DNA of 64,000 nucleotides. It comes from Candidatus Spongiisociaceae bacterium. Lineage in GTDB: Bacteria > Actinomycetota > Acidimicrobiia > Spongiisociales > Spongiisociaceae. Location: the NCBI GenBank assembly GCA_965219685.1, contig CBDCOH010000002.1:2176001-2240000 (forward strand), read 5' to 3'. Below, piece by piece: positions 18,650-28,492 of this stretch (position 1 is the first letter of the stretch; every line of letters starts with the position of its first letter). The notes under the pieces were generated by a model. That model ran no database searches. It was given only the letters and a program-made list of their open reading frames with translations, and had not been told where the DNA came from. Position numbers and translations under genes: made by a program.

Positions 18650-20815
18650 TTAGAAAGAGGCTTCCTGGGATAGGACCGTCACTGCCAACATGTCTAGGAA
18701 CCTTGCGAGTTCCGGCCATTGGAAATTGACGCCCTGGTAGAAGGAAGACGTCGTACTCCTGGTCAGGAAAACGGCTGTGCTTCCTGCCACAGTGATAGAG
18801 GCCTCATAGGGCCCCTCCGGTGTCCTGGTCACCTCGATCCGGGTGTCTCCTGTATCGAGTTCCCAGGCTCCCCCATGGGTGGCAACCAATTGTCTCTCGG
18901 TCGTTTCGTTCATCGCACGGGGGAGTCGCTCGACAAACGCAGCGACGTGTGCTGTCGACTCCGGCACTCCGTCGTGGGTCATACGCGACTGGGCATCTTC
19001 CGTGATCGTTCTCGCAGAGAGGTTGCCTACCCAAATCGATGCTTCATAGTGTCCTTCCGCGGTTCTGTCCAGAGCGACGTGTACGTCCCCCTTGGAGTGA
19101 TCCCATCGACGCGGGCGTAATACGTAGTGGGTACCGCGCTTTGAGCCGCGGCGTTCCAGTTGGCCATCGCCGACGAGGCGGTTGAGAATCTTGACCACAG
19201 CAATCCGGTCAAGCCCTGTAGCAAGTCTCACGTCGGCGTTCGCAATCGGACCCGCAACCGCGCGCGCCAGTACCTCAGCGTCGAAATCCGTCCCCTTGAT
19301 TCGTGTACCGTCGGGCTTTGCGATTTCTGGGCTCAATGCGTAGGCCGCCCCCGCCCCGGCGCCCTGCTGCTGCAGTAAACCTCTGTCACGAAGCCGTGCC
19401 AGTACCCTGCTTGCCCGGGAAGCATTCACACCCAGGAGGTTCCTGACCACCGTGTTGGTGAGGGCCTCACCGCGGGCGGCTAGGACAAGCAACCGAACAT
19501 CGGACGGTTCAAGGCCCCCAACCAACACGCCGTCACCTACCGAGTACGGCCGGTCCGCAGTGCCAGTGGCTGAGGTGAGGGTCTGAGCGAGCCAGGCACG
19601 CTCCAGTGGCGAAGCCTCCGAGCGCAGCCTGAGCGTGACCGTAACCGACGAGTCATCCGTCTCGAACTTCGGTGGCGCCATCAGGTTCAGCGCCATGTGA
19701 CGGTACATCAGATCGACACCGCGCCCGGCGTCCTCAGCGACACCGAAGTAGCGAAGCGTCCTGATGACCAGCACATTGCGCGGGTTGGACTGCTGCGAGA
19801 GACTATCCAGGGACACACCGTGGGGTAGCCCGCCCGGTGAACGCACGATGACCCGGTCCGGCCGTATCTCAACCCGTACAGCTTCTCCCAGGGCCGCGTA
19901 CGAGCGGTGCGCGACGGCGTTGGTGATTGCCTCGCGCACTACCGGTTCGGGTAGACGATGCAACTCGTGGCGCCAGACACCGATTGTGGCCAAGTCCACA
20001 CCCAGTTCTTCCAGCACAAAGCCTGCGGCGTCGGGCACCTGGTGGTGAAGGGGACCAGTGAACTCCTCGCGGCGGTCGTAGTTGATTCCGTCGTCGGGGT
20101 ACCGGAAAACTTCTACGTGCGCCTTGCCTAACGGTGTACTGGGGTTTGGGAGTAGGAAAAGGGCACCCGCCACGCTGAGCCGATCACAGGCACCACTCAG
20201 CACTACGAAGCCGTTGTCCCGAAGCCGGTCCAGCAATTCAGGCGAGCTACCGCTCCGTTCGGTCCATTGCCATACGCCGGCTAACTGCTGTCCAAGACCA
20301 GGATCGATATCACCGGTAGTCAGCCTCGTAGCGGAGGATTCCGTAGAGCGCCCGAACCGCCTGGCGATGAAATCGGCGAGGTCGGCGCCTAGCAGGGTCT
20401 GATTGGAGGCACCCCGGCGCTGCTTGACCTGGCCGTTGGGCAACTGTGCAAACGAGTGCTTTCGTGGACCCACTGATATCGCGACCACTACGCGACCGTC
20501 GACAGAGAGGCGGTGGATGCGGTAGGGACCGAGTTCCCGAACCTGACCCAACGTCTGACGCAATGAAGTGTCGCTGCTAACGCTCAGGTCGGCACCCTTC
20601 ACGAAGCCCCGGTCGGTCACTCCCACTAGGATCACGCCACCATCGGCGTTCGAGAAGGCCATCGCAGCTTGGGCGATACGGCTGTGGGATGCACCCTCCT
20701 TGAACTCTACGTGCTCACCCTCTGCCGGGAACTCGGCCGCGAACTGTTCGGCAGTCAACTCATCTGCCGGTCGAGAGTGGGAACTCGGATGGAACATAGG
20801 ATATGACATTATCAT
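18650..20815 (-). CDS. Schlafen/AlbA_2 + HATPase_c_4 (RecG-C-like) + winged-helix protein with a duplicated C-terminal module
   Basis: EGEHVEFKE...AFSNADGGVILVGVTD; REAITNAVAHRSY, SPGGLP, AEDAGRG; two wHTH-like segments. The true start may be ATG 20797. Confidence 0.85.
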   Translation of the reverse strand: MIMSYPMFHPSSHSRPADELTAEQFAAEFPAEGEHVEFKEGASHSRIAQAAMAFSNADGGVILVGVTDRGFVKGADLSVSSDTSLRQTLGQVRELGPYRIHRLSVDGRVVVAISVGPRKHSFAQLPNGQVKQRRGASNQTLLGADLADFIARRFGRSTESSATRLTTGDIDPGLGQQLAGVWQWTERSGSSPELLDRLRDNGFVVLSGACDRLSVAGALFLLPNPSTPLGKAHVEVFRYPDDGINYDRREEFTGPLHHQVPDAAGFVLEELGVDLATIGVWRHELHRLPEPVVREAITNAVAHRSYAALGEAVRVEIRPDRVIVRSPGGLPHGVSLDSLSQQSNPRNVLVIRTLRYFGVAEDAGRGVDLMYRHMALNLMAPPKFETDDSSVTVTLRLRSEASPLERAWLAQTLTSATGTADRPYSVGDGVLVGGLEPSDVRLLVLAARGEALTNTVVRNLLGVNASRASRVLARLRDRGLLQQQGAGAGAAYALSPEIAKPDGTRIKGTDFDAEVLARAVAGPIANADVRLATGLDRIAVVKILNRLVGDGQLERRGSKRGTHYVLRPRRWDHSKGDVHVALDRTAEGHYEASIWVGNLSARTITEDAQSRMTHDGVPESTAHVAAFVERLPRAMNETTERQLVATHGGAWELDTGDTRIEVTRTPEGPYEASITVAGSTAVFLTRSTTSSFYQGVNFQWPELARFLDMLAVTVLSQEASF

Positions 20816-21070
20816 AGTCTCTGTCTAGCCTGGTGCATGATTATATCATAAGTCGAAGTGGCTCCAACGGGAAGTGATGGGAGCCTTGGCGGGGATACAC
20901 CTTGCTGGTATCGGTTGCGTGGTTGTCACGGAGGTCAATCAAGCCGGGCCGAGATTGAGGCTGGGCCAACCTGCTACGGCACCCGGTGAACCCAGCGGTA
21001 GCCGCCCTTGCCTGACCGGTACGCACTGCGAAAGGATCGCTCTCCACTTTCTACAGGAATCGCGCTCAAC

Positions 21071-21085
21071 TCTCACTGGATGGAA
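21071..21085. promoter_or_regulatory. Candidate IclR-type operator (TCTCAC-N5-GGAA)
   Basis: TCTCACTGGATGGAA upstream of molybdoenzyme operon 2. Confidence 0.35.
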
Positions 21086-21223
21086 CGGTCGCCCATCGCC
21101 GTTGTTGGGTTTCTAACCTCGCCGCGGCGATCTGGTACCGACGGAGCACGATGAGGCCTCCAGTCGCTCCAGAAGCGAGTGATAGACTCAAATTGTGGCT
21201 GATAGTCGGGAGGTGAGCAACGG

Positions 21224-22099
21224 ATGACGATGACGCGGTTCGACTACGTCGCGCCTACAAGCATCGAGGAGGTGACCGCACTCCTATCCAGCCACGGGAG
21301 TGACGCGAAGATCCTCGCCGGTGGTCAGTCCCTCGTAATCCTGCTCCGGCAGCGGCTTGTCGCGCCCACCGTTGTCGTCAGCCTGAGCGGGGTCGAGGCA
21401 TTGAGAGGTATCACGGGCAGCGACGGCGGCCTCCAGATCGGGGCGATGACCACCTACTCGGATGTCTCCCGCAGCGCGATGGTCAACCGGGTCGCGCCGA
21501 TGCTGGCGACGGCGGCCGGCTCCGTCGGATCCCGCCACATCCGGAACCGGGGAACCGTAGGCGGCAGTCTCGCCCATGCCGATCCCGCCGGGGACGTGCC
21601 CGTGGCATTGCTCGCCCTGGACGCATCGATCACGCTCGCAGGACCGGGGTCAACCCGCACCTGTGCAGCGAATGACTGGTTCACGGGGCTGTTCGAGGTT
21701 GCGATGTCGGATGAGGAAGTTGTCACCGGCGTGACCGTCCCGCGGCCGCCGGAAACAGCCAGCCACGGATACCACCGGTTCAGCTACCGGGAGGGCGAGT
21801 ACCCCATGATCGTGGCCGCCGCCGTCCTCGGTTGGGACGATGGGCGGTGCGCGTCGGCTCGGGTGGCCATGGGCGGTGTCGGTGCCCACCCACAGCGATT
21901 CCCCGCGGTGGAGGATCGGCTGGTCGGATCCGTGGTGAACTCAGGGGATATCGAAGCGGCAGCTGCCATCGCCGGCGAGTTCATGCATCCGCCGGCGGAC
22001 GTGCGCGGCTCCACAGGGTGGAAGAGAAAGGTAGCGGTGGAATTCATGAGGCGTGCGCTTGCCGGGGCGGGCGAAGGTCAGGGGAACGGCAATGGCTGA
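21224..22099 (+). CDS. Xanthine dehydrogenase family FAD-binding medium subunit (set 2)
   Basis: LAGGQSL, IRNRGTVGGSLAHADPAGD. Confidence 0.93.
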   Translation: MTMTRFDYVAPTSIEEVTALLSSHGSDAKILAGGQSLVILLRQRLVAPTVVVSLSGVEALRGITGSDGGLQIGAMTTYSDVSRSAMVNRVAPMLATAAGSVGSRHIRNRGTVGGSLAHADPAGDVPVALLALDASITLAGPGSTRTCAANDWFTGLFEVAMSDEEVVTGVTVPRPPETASHGYHRFSYREGEYPMIVAAAVLGWDDGRCASARVAMGGVGAHPQRFPAVEDRLVGSVVNSGDIEAAAAIAGEFMHPPADVRGSTGWKRKVAVEFMRRALAGAGEGQGNGNG

Positions 22100-22565
22100 C
22101 CAGGACATCACCGTAGTCATCAACAACGAGCGGGTGTCAACGAGGGTTGCCGGCAACCGGCTGCTGCGTGACTGGATCAGGGAGGACCTCGGCCTCACCG
22201 GGACCAAGTCGGCCTGCGAGGATGGGATGTGCGGCGCATGCTCAGTCCATCTGGACGGTGACGTGGTCAAATCGTGCCTCATCCTCGCCCTGGAGGCCGA
22301 CGGACGCACCCTGACCACGATCGAGGGACTCGCACCGCCCGACGGCCTTCACCCCGTGCAGGAGGCCATGATCGACAACTTCGGGTTCCAGTGCGGGTTC
22401 TGCACCCCCGGGTTCATCATGACGATCGTCGACATCTTGGATAAGGAGACCGTGGACGACCCCGAATCGCTCCGCGAGGACCTCGTGGGCAACATCTGCC
22501 GCTGCACCGGATACACCAGGATCGTGGCCGCGGCGATGGACGCCGCCAATAGGAGGGACCAATGA
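22092..22565 (+). CDS. Xanthine dehydrogenase family 2Fe-2S small subunit (set 2)
   Basis: CEDGMCGACSV, QCGFCTPG, NICRCTGY; ATG at 22092. Confidence 0.94.
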   Translation: MADQDITVVINNERVSTRVAGNRLLRDWIREDLGLTGTKSACEDGMCGACSVHLDGDVVKSCLILALEADGRTLTTIEGLAPPDGLHPVQEAMIDNFGFQCGFCTPGFIMTIVDILDKETVDDPESLREDLVGNICRCTGYTRIVAAAMDAANRRDQ

Positions 22566-24904
22566 AGAAATCCAATGGCTCCACCGGTCTCATCGGAACC
22601 TCCATGCGCAACGTCGACGGGCGGGCACTGGTAACCGGCCGCGCCCAGTACACGGTCGACCTGAGCTTTCCCCGCATGGCCCATGGAAAGATCGTCCGGA
22701 GCACTCTCGCCCATGCGCTCATCACATCGGTGGATGCGGACCTCGCACGCGAGGTGGAAGGCGTGCTGCTAGTCATCACCGGCGAAGACATATCGGAACT
22801 CGGCCCCGTGGCGAACGGCCCGATACTCGACATGCTGCTCCTTGCCACCGGAAAGGTCCGGTACGTGGGCGAACCGGTGGCCGTCGTGATCGGCGCCACC
22901 GAGGAGGCTGCCCAGGCAGGTGCGGACCTGGTCCAGGTCAACTACGAACCGCTCCCCCATCTGCTGGATCCCGAGGAAGCCATGCAGAGTGAGGCTCCCC
23001 TGATCCACGAGGGCCTCGACGGCGTGGAGGGCAATGTCTGCTGGCGGCAGGCCACCAGGGCAGGTGACATCGATGCCGCTCTCGCCGAGGCCGACCTGGT
23101 GATCAGCAAACGGCTGGTGACCTCCAAGGCCCATGCCATGCCCATGGAGACGCATGCTGCCGTCGCCCAATACGATGACGTGTCGGGCACCGTCACGCTA
23201 TGGACCGGCACCCAGCAGCCTCATCTCCTGCGCAACGAGATAGCACGGGTCTTCGGCCTTCCCCAGAGCAAGGTCCGTGTCATCAAGCCCTACATGGGTG
23301 GCGCGTTCGGCCATAAGGAAGGCCTCCATACCAACGAGGCAATGGCAATCTGGGCCGCCCGTGCGCTACGGAGACCGGTCCGCATCGAACTCAGCCGGGC
23401 CGAGGAGTTCGCGGCGACGGTCAGCCGCAATCCTCACATCCGGGACGCAACGATCGCGGTCCGCAGCGACGGGAAGGTACTCGGCTGGAAGGAGACCATC
23501 ACCCAGGACGTCGGGGCCTACACCAACATCAGCCCCGCGGTGCTCGCACTGTCCGAGTGGGTAACTGTCGGGCCGTACAAGACCCCGGCCCTCGATATCG
23601 AAGGTGCGGTCGTCTACACCAACAAGCCTCCATCGGGCGCTTTCCGAGGCTTCGGCAACCCGCAGGCAACCTTTGCCCGCGAGGTCATGTTCGATATCGC
23701 CGCCCGCGAACTGGGGATGGACCCGGTGGAGTTCCGTTACAAGAACTTGATCCGATCCGAGGACCTGCCGACAGCCACGGCCAACGGTCTGAAGCTGATC
23801 ACGCTGCCGATCGAGGAGGCAACCGGAGCGGTGGCCGACGCGATCGGATACGACGCCATGCGCGCCTCCAAACCCGCGTGGCGGGGTGTGGGCATCGCCA
23901 ACATGCTCGAGTGGGGCGGTGGGTGCCGCTGGCACGTGAACTACGACGTGGACATGTCGTCGGTGACCGTCGAGATGAACGCGGACGGCAGCGTGGTGGT
24001 CGCCACCGACGCCGCCGACTCCGGACAAGGCCACGCGACCATCTTCACCCAGATCGTCTGCGATCGTCTGGGAGTGGACCCCGCCACCGTGACGGTGCTG
24101 CAGTCGGACACCGAGAGTTCCCCCTTCGGATTGGGGACGTTCGCCAGCCGAACCGCGGTCGTGCACGGCTCGGCGCTCACCAGGGCATGTGACAACCTGG
24201 CCGAGACGCTCATGCAGGTCGCCGGGTCGAGCTTGGAGGCCGACCCTGCGGACCTCGAGATCGCCGACGGCCAGATCCGCATCCGGGGAACCAATCGCGG
24301 AATGCCTGTGACGACGGTCGCTGCCCTAGCCCACTACGTGCGGGCTGTGCTTCCGGGCGACATGGAATGCACCTCACTCGTGGCGACCGCCAGCTTCGAC
24401 ACCCCGTCCGACGTTCCGGATGAGAACGGCGTGGGCAACTTCGCGGCCAACTACACCACCTCCGCCACCATGGTCGTCGTGGACGTGGACCCGACCACGG
24501 GCAAGGTGACAATCGTGGACTGGGCAAGTGCGGAGGACGTGGGACGGGCGATCAATCCGGACCTCCTGAAGGGACAGCTACAGGGCGGCGTCGCCCAGGG
24601 AATCGGCTTCGCCCTCGGCGAGGACCTGATCTTCGACGAGTCGGGTACCGTCCTGAATCCGTCCATGGCGGACTACCAGGTCCCGACGGCGCCGCAGGTT
24701 CCGCTGATCGAGGACAAGATCATGGCGATCGAGAGCTTCGACCCCACCTATCCCCTCCAGCACAAGGGGATCGGCGAGAGCGGTATCACACCCGCAGCAG
24801 CAGCGATAGCCAACGCCGTCTTCGACGCGATCGGTGTACCCATCACGACCCTGCCGATCACCCCGGAGAAGGTGTTGGCAGCAATCGAGAGCCGGCTCGA
24901 TTAG
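22562..24904 (+). CDS. Xanthine dehydrogenase family molybdopterin-binding large subunit (set 2)
   Basis: GGAFGHK, AFRGFGNPQ, GQGH, GTFASR, QGGVAQGIG, KGIGE. Confidence 0.93.
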   Translation: MKKSNGSTGLIGTSMRNVDGRALVTGRAQYTVDLSFPRMAHGKIVRSTLAHALITSVDADLAREVEGVLLVITGEDISELGPVANGPILDMLLLATGKVRYVGEPVAVVIGATEEAAQAGADLVQVNYEPLPHLLDPEEAMQSEAPLIHEGLDGVEGNVCWRQATRAGDIDAALAEADLVISKRLVTSKAHAMPMETHAAVAQYDDVSGTVTLWTGTQQPHLLRNEIARVFGLPQSKVRVIKPYMGGAFGHKEGLHTNEAMAIWAARALRRPVRIELSRAEEFAATVSRNPHIRDATIAVRSDGKVLGWKETITQDVGAYTNISPAVLALSEWVTVGPYKTPALDIEGAVVYTNKPPSGAFRGFGNPQATFAREVMFDIAARELGMDPVEFRYKNLIRSEDLPTATANGLKLITLPIEEATGAVADAIGYDAMRASKPAWRGVGIANMLEWGGGCRWHVNYDVDMSSVTVEMNADGSVVVATDAADSGQGHATIFTQIVCDRLGVDPATVTVLQSDTESSPFGLGTFASRTAVVHGSALTRACDNLAETLMQVAGSSLEADPADLEIADGQIRIRGTNRGMPVTTVAALAHYVRAVLPGDMECTSLVATASFDTPSDVPDENGVGNFAANYTTSATMVVVDVDPTTGKVTIVDWASAEDVGRAINPDLLKGQLQGGVAQGIGFALGEDLIFDESGTVLNPSMADYQVPTAPQVPLIEDKIMAIESFDPTYPLQHKGIGESGITPAAAAIANAVFDAIGVPITTLPITPEKVLAAIESRLD

Positions 24905-25059
24905 CAATCTGGGGCAGTAGCCGGCCCAGGTTCGGGTTTGTGGTAGCCGGTGGCTGGTCGCACAAGACACCGCACTCCTCAATGGGATCAACCGGCTCTG
25001 GAGGCGTCCTGCTCTGACTGACAGGTTGCGCAAACGAGTGAATAGAGCGGAGGACGGGA

Positions 25060-27570
25060 TTGCGGGTACGTTGCGAGCGGTGCGGTTCAGTATTCGACGT
25101 GGTTGGGTCCGGTCTTCACAAGTGCTCCGTCTGTGGCATCTCCGACGAAGTCCGCGCGACCATCCCCGTGGAGCCAGTCGATCGTAGCTTTGGCGATACG
25201 GATGAGTCATCCCCGCCCGCTGGAACTATGAGATCCGGTGGCGGGAAGGTCCGCCCCTTCCTCGGCAGCTGGATGAAGCGGACATATCAGTTCTTGACGA
25301 AGCACTTTCTCGCCGACGAGCCGGAGATACCGACCCCCATACCTACGCCCACTGCATCGCGCCCGGATGAGCCGTTTCCGCCGGCTGGTTTTTTGCCGGA
25401 GATACTTCGACAGGCTGCACATCTCGCGTCCAGCTCCCGGGTCTTGCTCAATGTTCCCCAGACTGCCGAGCGCAACGCCAGATCAGCCTATGAAGCGGAG
25501 TTGGAACGCGTTGTGTCGGAACGGCTGTCGCGAATACCGGTCGATGCCCTGAAGGAGGTTTCCGGGGGAGGGCTCAGGCTACGAGCAATCAAGTCCGCCG
25601 GGTTTCGTACGGTGGCCGAGGTTCGGGCAGCCAGCCGCTCGCGGTTCCAGTTGATACCAGGGGTGGGAGCTATTACCTCTGATGGACTCATCAGGGCTAC
25701 GCATCGAGTAGAGGAGGAGGTCCGTAAGACGACCAGGGTCCGTTTCGATGTTGACGATCGGCCAGCGACCCAAACCGGCCTTCTATCAGCGCTGGCGCGG
25801 CTAGCGGACGCGCGTCGGTATGTCGAGCCTATGCGAACCCGGCTCGAGAGGCTGATTCAGGCCATCAATGCCGACATAAGGGCTGCCCACCTGGAGGAAG
25901 CCGGGCCTGTGCGCCGCTTTCTGGCCGGACCACGTCGCAGGGCAGAAGCGCGAGCAGCTTACGACCGGTTAGCCGGACTGTTGCGCGATCCAGACACGGT
26001 TTCTCTCCTCTCCAGAATCACCGCTATAGAAAAGCGGCTCTTCGCTCCGCGTAGTAGGCGCCAGCGGGTCTGGGACGATTTCACGGCGAGACCCGTTTTC
26101 TACAACGGTCTGCTGGAGGATGTCGGGGGACTGGGTCCCGACGTTGATGTGTCTCAGGGTTTCCTACCGGAAGAGATCGTCCGACGGATCAGGACGTTCC
26201 GCCTGGACATCAGCCTGCTCAACGTGACTCTGCGCGGTTATCAGACATTCGGCGCGAAGTTCGCGTTGGTCCAGCAGCGGACCATCCTGGGTGACGAGAT
26301 GGGCTTAGGCAAGACCATCGAAGCGTTGGCGGTCCTGTGCCATCTCCGGTCACGCGGCGCCAGGCACTTCCTGGTTGTATGCCCTGCCAGTGTTCTGGCG
26401 AACTGGGAACACGAAGTCTGGCGGCACTCACGACTATCGCCCACTTGGCGGCTCCACGGCCCGCAACGGGACCGCCGTCTCCTACAGTGGGCACGCGATG
26501 GAGGTGTCGCCATTACCACGTTCGGCACACTTCGCAGCCTCCAACCCCTAGCGACGCGGATCGCGGCCGTAGTCGTTGACGAAGCCCACTACGTCAAGAA
26601 CCCTATTGCGCTACGCACCAAAGCCGTCCGGTCCTGGCTGAATCTGGCCGAACACAAACTGCTGATGAGCGGCACACCGATGGAAAACCGCGTCGAAGAA
26701 TTCCGCACTCTCGTCAGTCACATCAGACCCGGCCTCGCCTCCCGGATACGCACAACCGACGGAATCGCGGGGGCCAACGCCTTCCGTCGCAAGGTCGCAC
26801 CCGTTTACCTGCGTAGGAACCAGACCGACGTGTTGGACGAACTCCCACCAAGAATCGAAACCGCCGATTGGCTTACTCTCGACGGGCCTGCAGCAGACGA
26901 ATACCGCCGAGCCGTTGCCAGCCGCAACTTCATGGCGATGCGACGCGCCGCTTTCCTCACCCCAGACCCAGGCGACTCGCCAAAACTCCGTCGGCTGGTC
27001 CAGATAGTCGAAGAAGCCGCCGACAACAGCCGCAAGGTGGTCGTCTTCTCGTTCTTCCTCGACGTGATCCAGCTGATTCACACAGCTGTTGGCGCTCTCG
27101 CGGCAGGTTCGATCACAGGTGGCCTGCCAGCCGGCCACAGGCAGGAACTCGTCGAAAGGTTCACGACAACAACAGGACCGGCCGTTCTCATCAACCAGAT
27201 CCAAGCTGGCGGTGTCGGACTCAACATCCAAGCTGCGTCCGTCGTCATCCTGACAGAACCGCAGTGGAAACCCAGCACCGAAGAACAAGCAATCGCACGA
27301 TGTCACCGTATGGGCCAAGTCCGCCCGGTTGAGGTGCATCGGTTACTTACCGAGGACAGCGTGGACGAGCACATGCTGAGAATCCTCGCCCGAAAGTCAA
27401 CCCTCTCTGCCGAGTATGTCCGTGCCAGCACAATGAAGGAGGCTGCACCCGAAGCCACCGATACCACCGTCAGCGACCCCGGACGGTCCGTATCCGTGGC
27501 CGAGCACGAGCGGCGAATCATCGAAATGGAGATCTGCCGACTAGGACTCAAGACTCAGGTGAGGAGCTGA
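25060..27570 (+). CDS. SNF2-family helicase/ATPase with N-terminal Cys-rich motif and HhH-like segment
   Basis: LRGYQ, LGDEMGLGKT, DEAHYVKN, SGTPMEN, GGVGLNIQ, QAIARCHRMGQ. N-terminal CERC..CSVC; start uncertain. Confidence 0.9.
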   Translation: MRVRCERCGSVFDVVGSGLHKCSVCGISDEVRATIPVEPVDRSFGDTDESSPPAGTMRSGGGKVRPFLGSWMKRTYQFLTKHFLADEPEIPTPIPTPTASRPDEPFPPAGFLPEILRQAAHLASSSRVLLNVPQTAERNARSAYEAELERVVSERLSRIPVDALKEVSGGGLRLRAIKSAGFRTVAEVRAASRSRFQLIPGVGAITSDGLIRATHRVEEEVRKTTRVRFDVDDRPATQTGLLSALARLADARRYVEPMRTRLERLIQAINADIRAAHLEEAGPVRRFLAGPRRRAEARAAYDRLAGLLRDPDTVSLLSRITAIEKRLFAPRSRRQRVWDDFTARPVFYNGLLEDVGGLGPDVDVSQGFLPEEIVRRIRTFRLDISLLNVTLRGYQTFGAKFALVQQRTILGDEMGLGKTIEALAVLCHLRSRGARHFLVVCPASVLANWEHEVWRHSRLSPTWRLHGPQRDRRLLQWARDGGVAITTFGTLRSLQPLATRIAAVVVDEAHYVKNPIALRTKAVRSWLNLAEHKLLMSGTPMENRVEEFRTLVSHIRPGLASRIRTTDGIAGANAFRRKVAPVYLRRNQTDVLDELPPRIETADWLTLDGPAADEYRRAVASRNFMAMRRAAFLTPDPGDSPKLRRLVQIVEEAADNSRKVVVFSFFLDVIQLIHTAVGALAAGSITGGLPAGHRQELVERFTTTTGPAVLINQIQAGGVGLNIQAASVVILTEPQWKPSTEEQAIARCHRMGQVRPVEVHRLLTEDSVDEHMLRILARKSTLSAEYVRASTMKEAAPEATDTTVSDPGRSVSVAEHERRIIEMEICRLGLKTQVRS

Positions 27571-27595
27571 ACCAGGCTGGTGCCCCAGATACTCG

Positions 27596-27745
27596 ATGAT
27601 GCACAAGGGGATCGGTGAGAGCGGTATCCCGCCCGCCGTAGCAGCGGTAGCCTACGTTGTCTTCGATGCCATCGGGGTACCCATCACAAACCTGCCAATC
27701 ACACCAGAGAAGGTGCTGGCCGCGATCGAAAGCCACCGCGAGTAA
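27596..27745 (+). pseudogene. Diverged duplicate of the 3' end of the set-2 molybdoenzyme large subunit
   Basis: 27601-27734 vs 24760-24893: 113/134 nt identical by hand alignment; encodes HKGIGESGIPPAVAAVAYVVFDAIGVPITNLPITPEKVLAAIES. Confidence 0.92.
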
Positions 27746-27870
27746 CCACATTAGGCACTAACCGACCAAGGTGCCCGGTTGGGCTACGTACGGGCTTTCT
27801 CAGCACCCTCACCAGTTCCGAGGCGGTCCGTCCGACTGGAGGGGATTCTCTTGAGTCGTCCGCTACATGA

Positions 27871-28020
27871 GACGGTGGCCAACGACTCGCGGGTGAACTC
27901 GTCGGACTCCGGTCATGTCGCAGAGGTGACTATCGGATGATCCACGAACTCTACAGGGATGACCATGTCGTCTTGGTTCATCGGGTGCAGGATCGCCGTG
28001 ATGTGTACCGCCAGAGCTGA
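27871..28020 (+). pseudogene. RelE/ParE-family toxin C-terminal relic
   Basis: Manual translation GQRLAGELVGLRSCRRGDYRMIHELYRDDHVVLVHRVQDRRDVYRQS*; an in-frame TGA at 27868 precedes it, so no intact N-terminus. Confidence 0.78.
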
Positions 28021-28132
28021 CTGCCGAGAGGATCTTGCGGGATAGCGGCGATCCCGCTCTACGGATGACCGAGGCCCCTCCACGAACACGTGATCGGCAT
28101 CACGACCGCAGAGATACGCGCCCGGCCAGATC

Positions 28133-28164
28133 TAGTTGCACAATTGTAATCGTAGTTGTACAAT
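28133..28164. promoter_or_regulatory. Phd/YefM-type autoregulatory operator pair
   Basis: TAGTTGCACAAT and TAGTTGTACAAT, 20 bp apart, with a TG(T/C)ACA core, directly upstream of the antitoxin. Confidence 0.6.
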
Positions 28165-28171
28165 CTGTGTC

Positions 28172-28462
28172 ATGGGATTGACACCAGACGCCCTGCCAGA
28201 TGTGAAGAGCATCCCGATCAGCGAATTCCGTCGGAAGTGCCTCACCCTTCTCCCGGCGATAGCGGAGAACGGGGGCGAGATCATCGTCACCAGGCGCGGC
28301 AGGCCCTTGGCGGTCGTCTCGCCGATCCGCCAGGGCGGGTCCGGCAGCATCTATGGCCTCTACTCAGCCGGCGACCTAGTATATCCCGACCCCACCGCGC
28401 CTCATTACTCAGACGAGGAGTGGGATGAGATCGTCGATGCCTGGGACGCGAACACCGACTAG
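28172..28462 (+). CDS. Phd/YefM-family antitoxin
   Basis: SIPISEFRRKCLTLL...EIIVTRRGRPLAVVSP with an acidic tail; start 28172 or GTG 28202. Confidence 0.88.
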   Translation: MGLTPDALPDVKSIPISEFRRKCLTLLPAIAENGGEIIVTRRGRPLAVVSPIRQGGSGSIYGLYSAGDLVYPDPTAPHYSDEEWDEIVDAWDANTD

Positions 28463-28492
28463 GAACAGGCGTTCAGTGGCGGAGGCTGCTCG

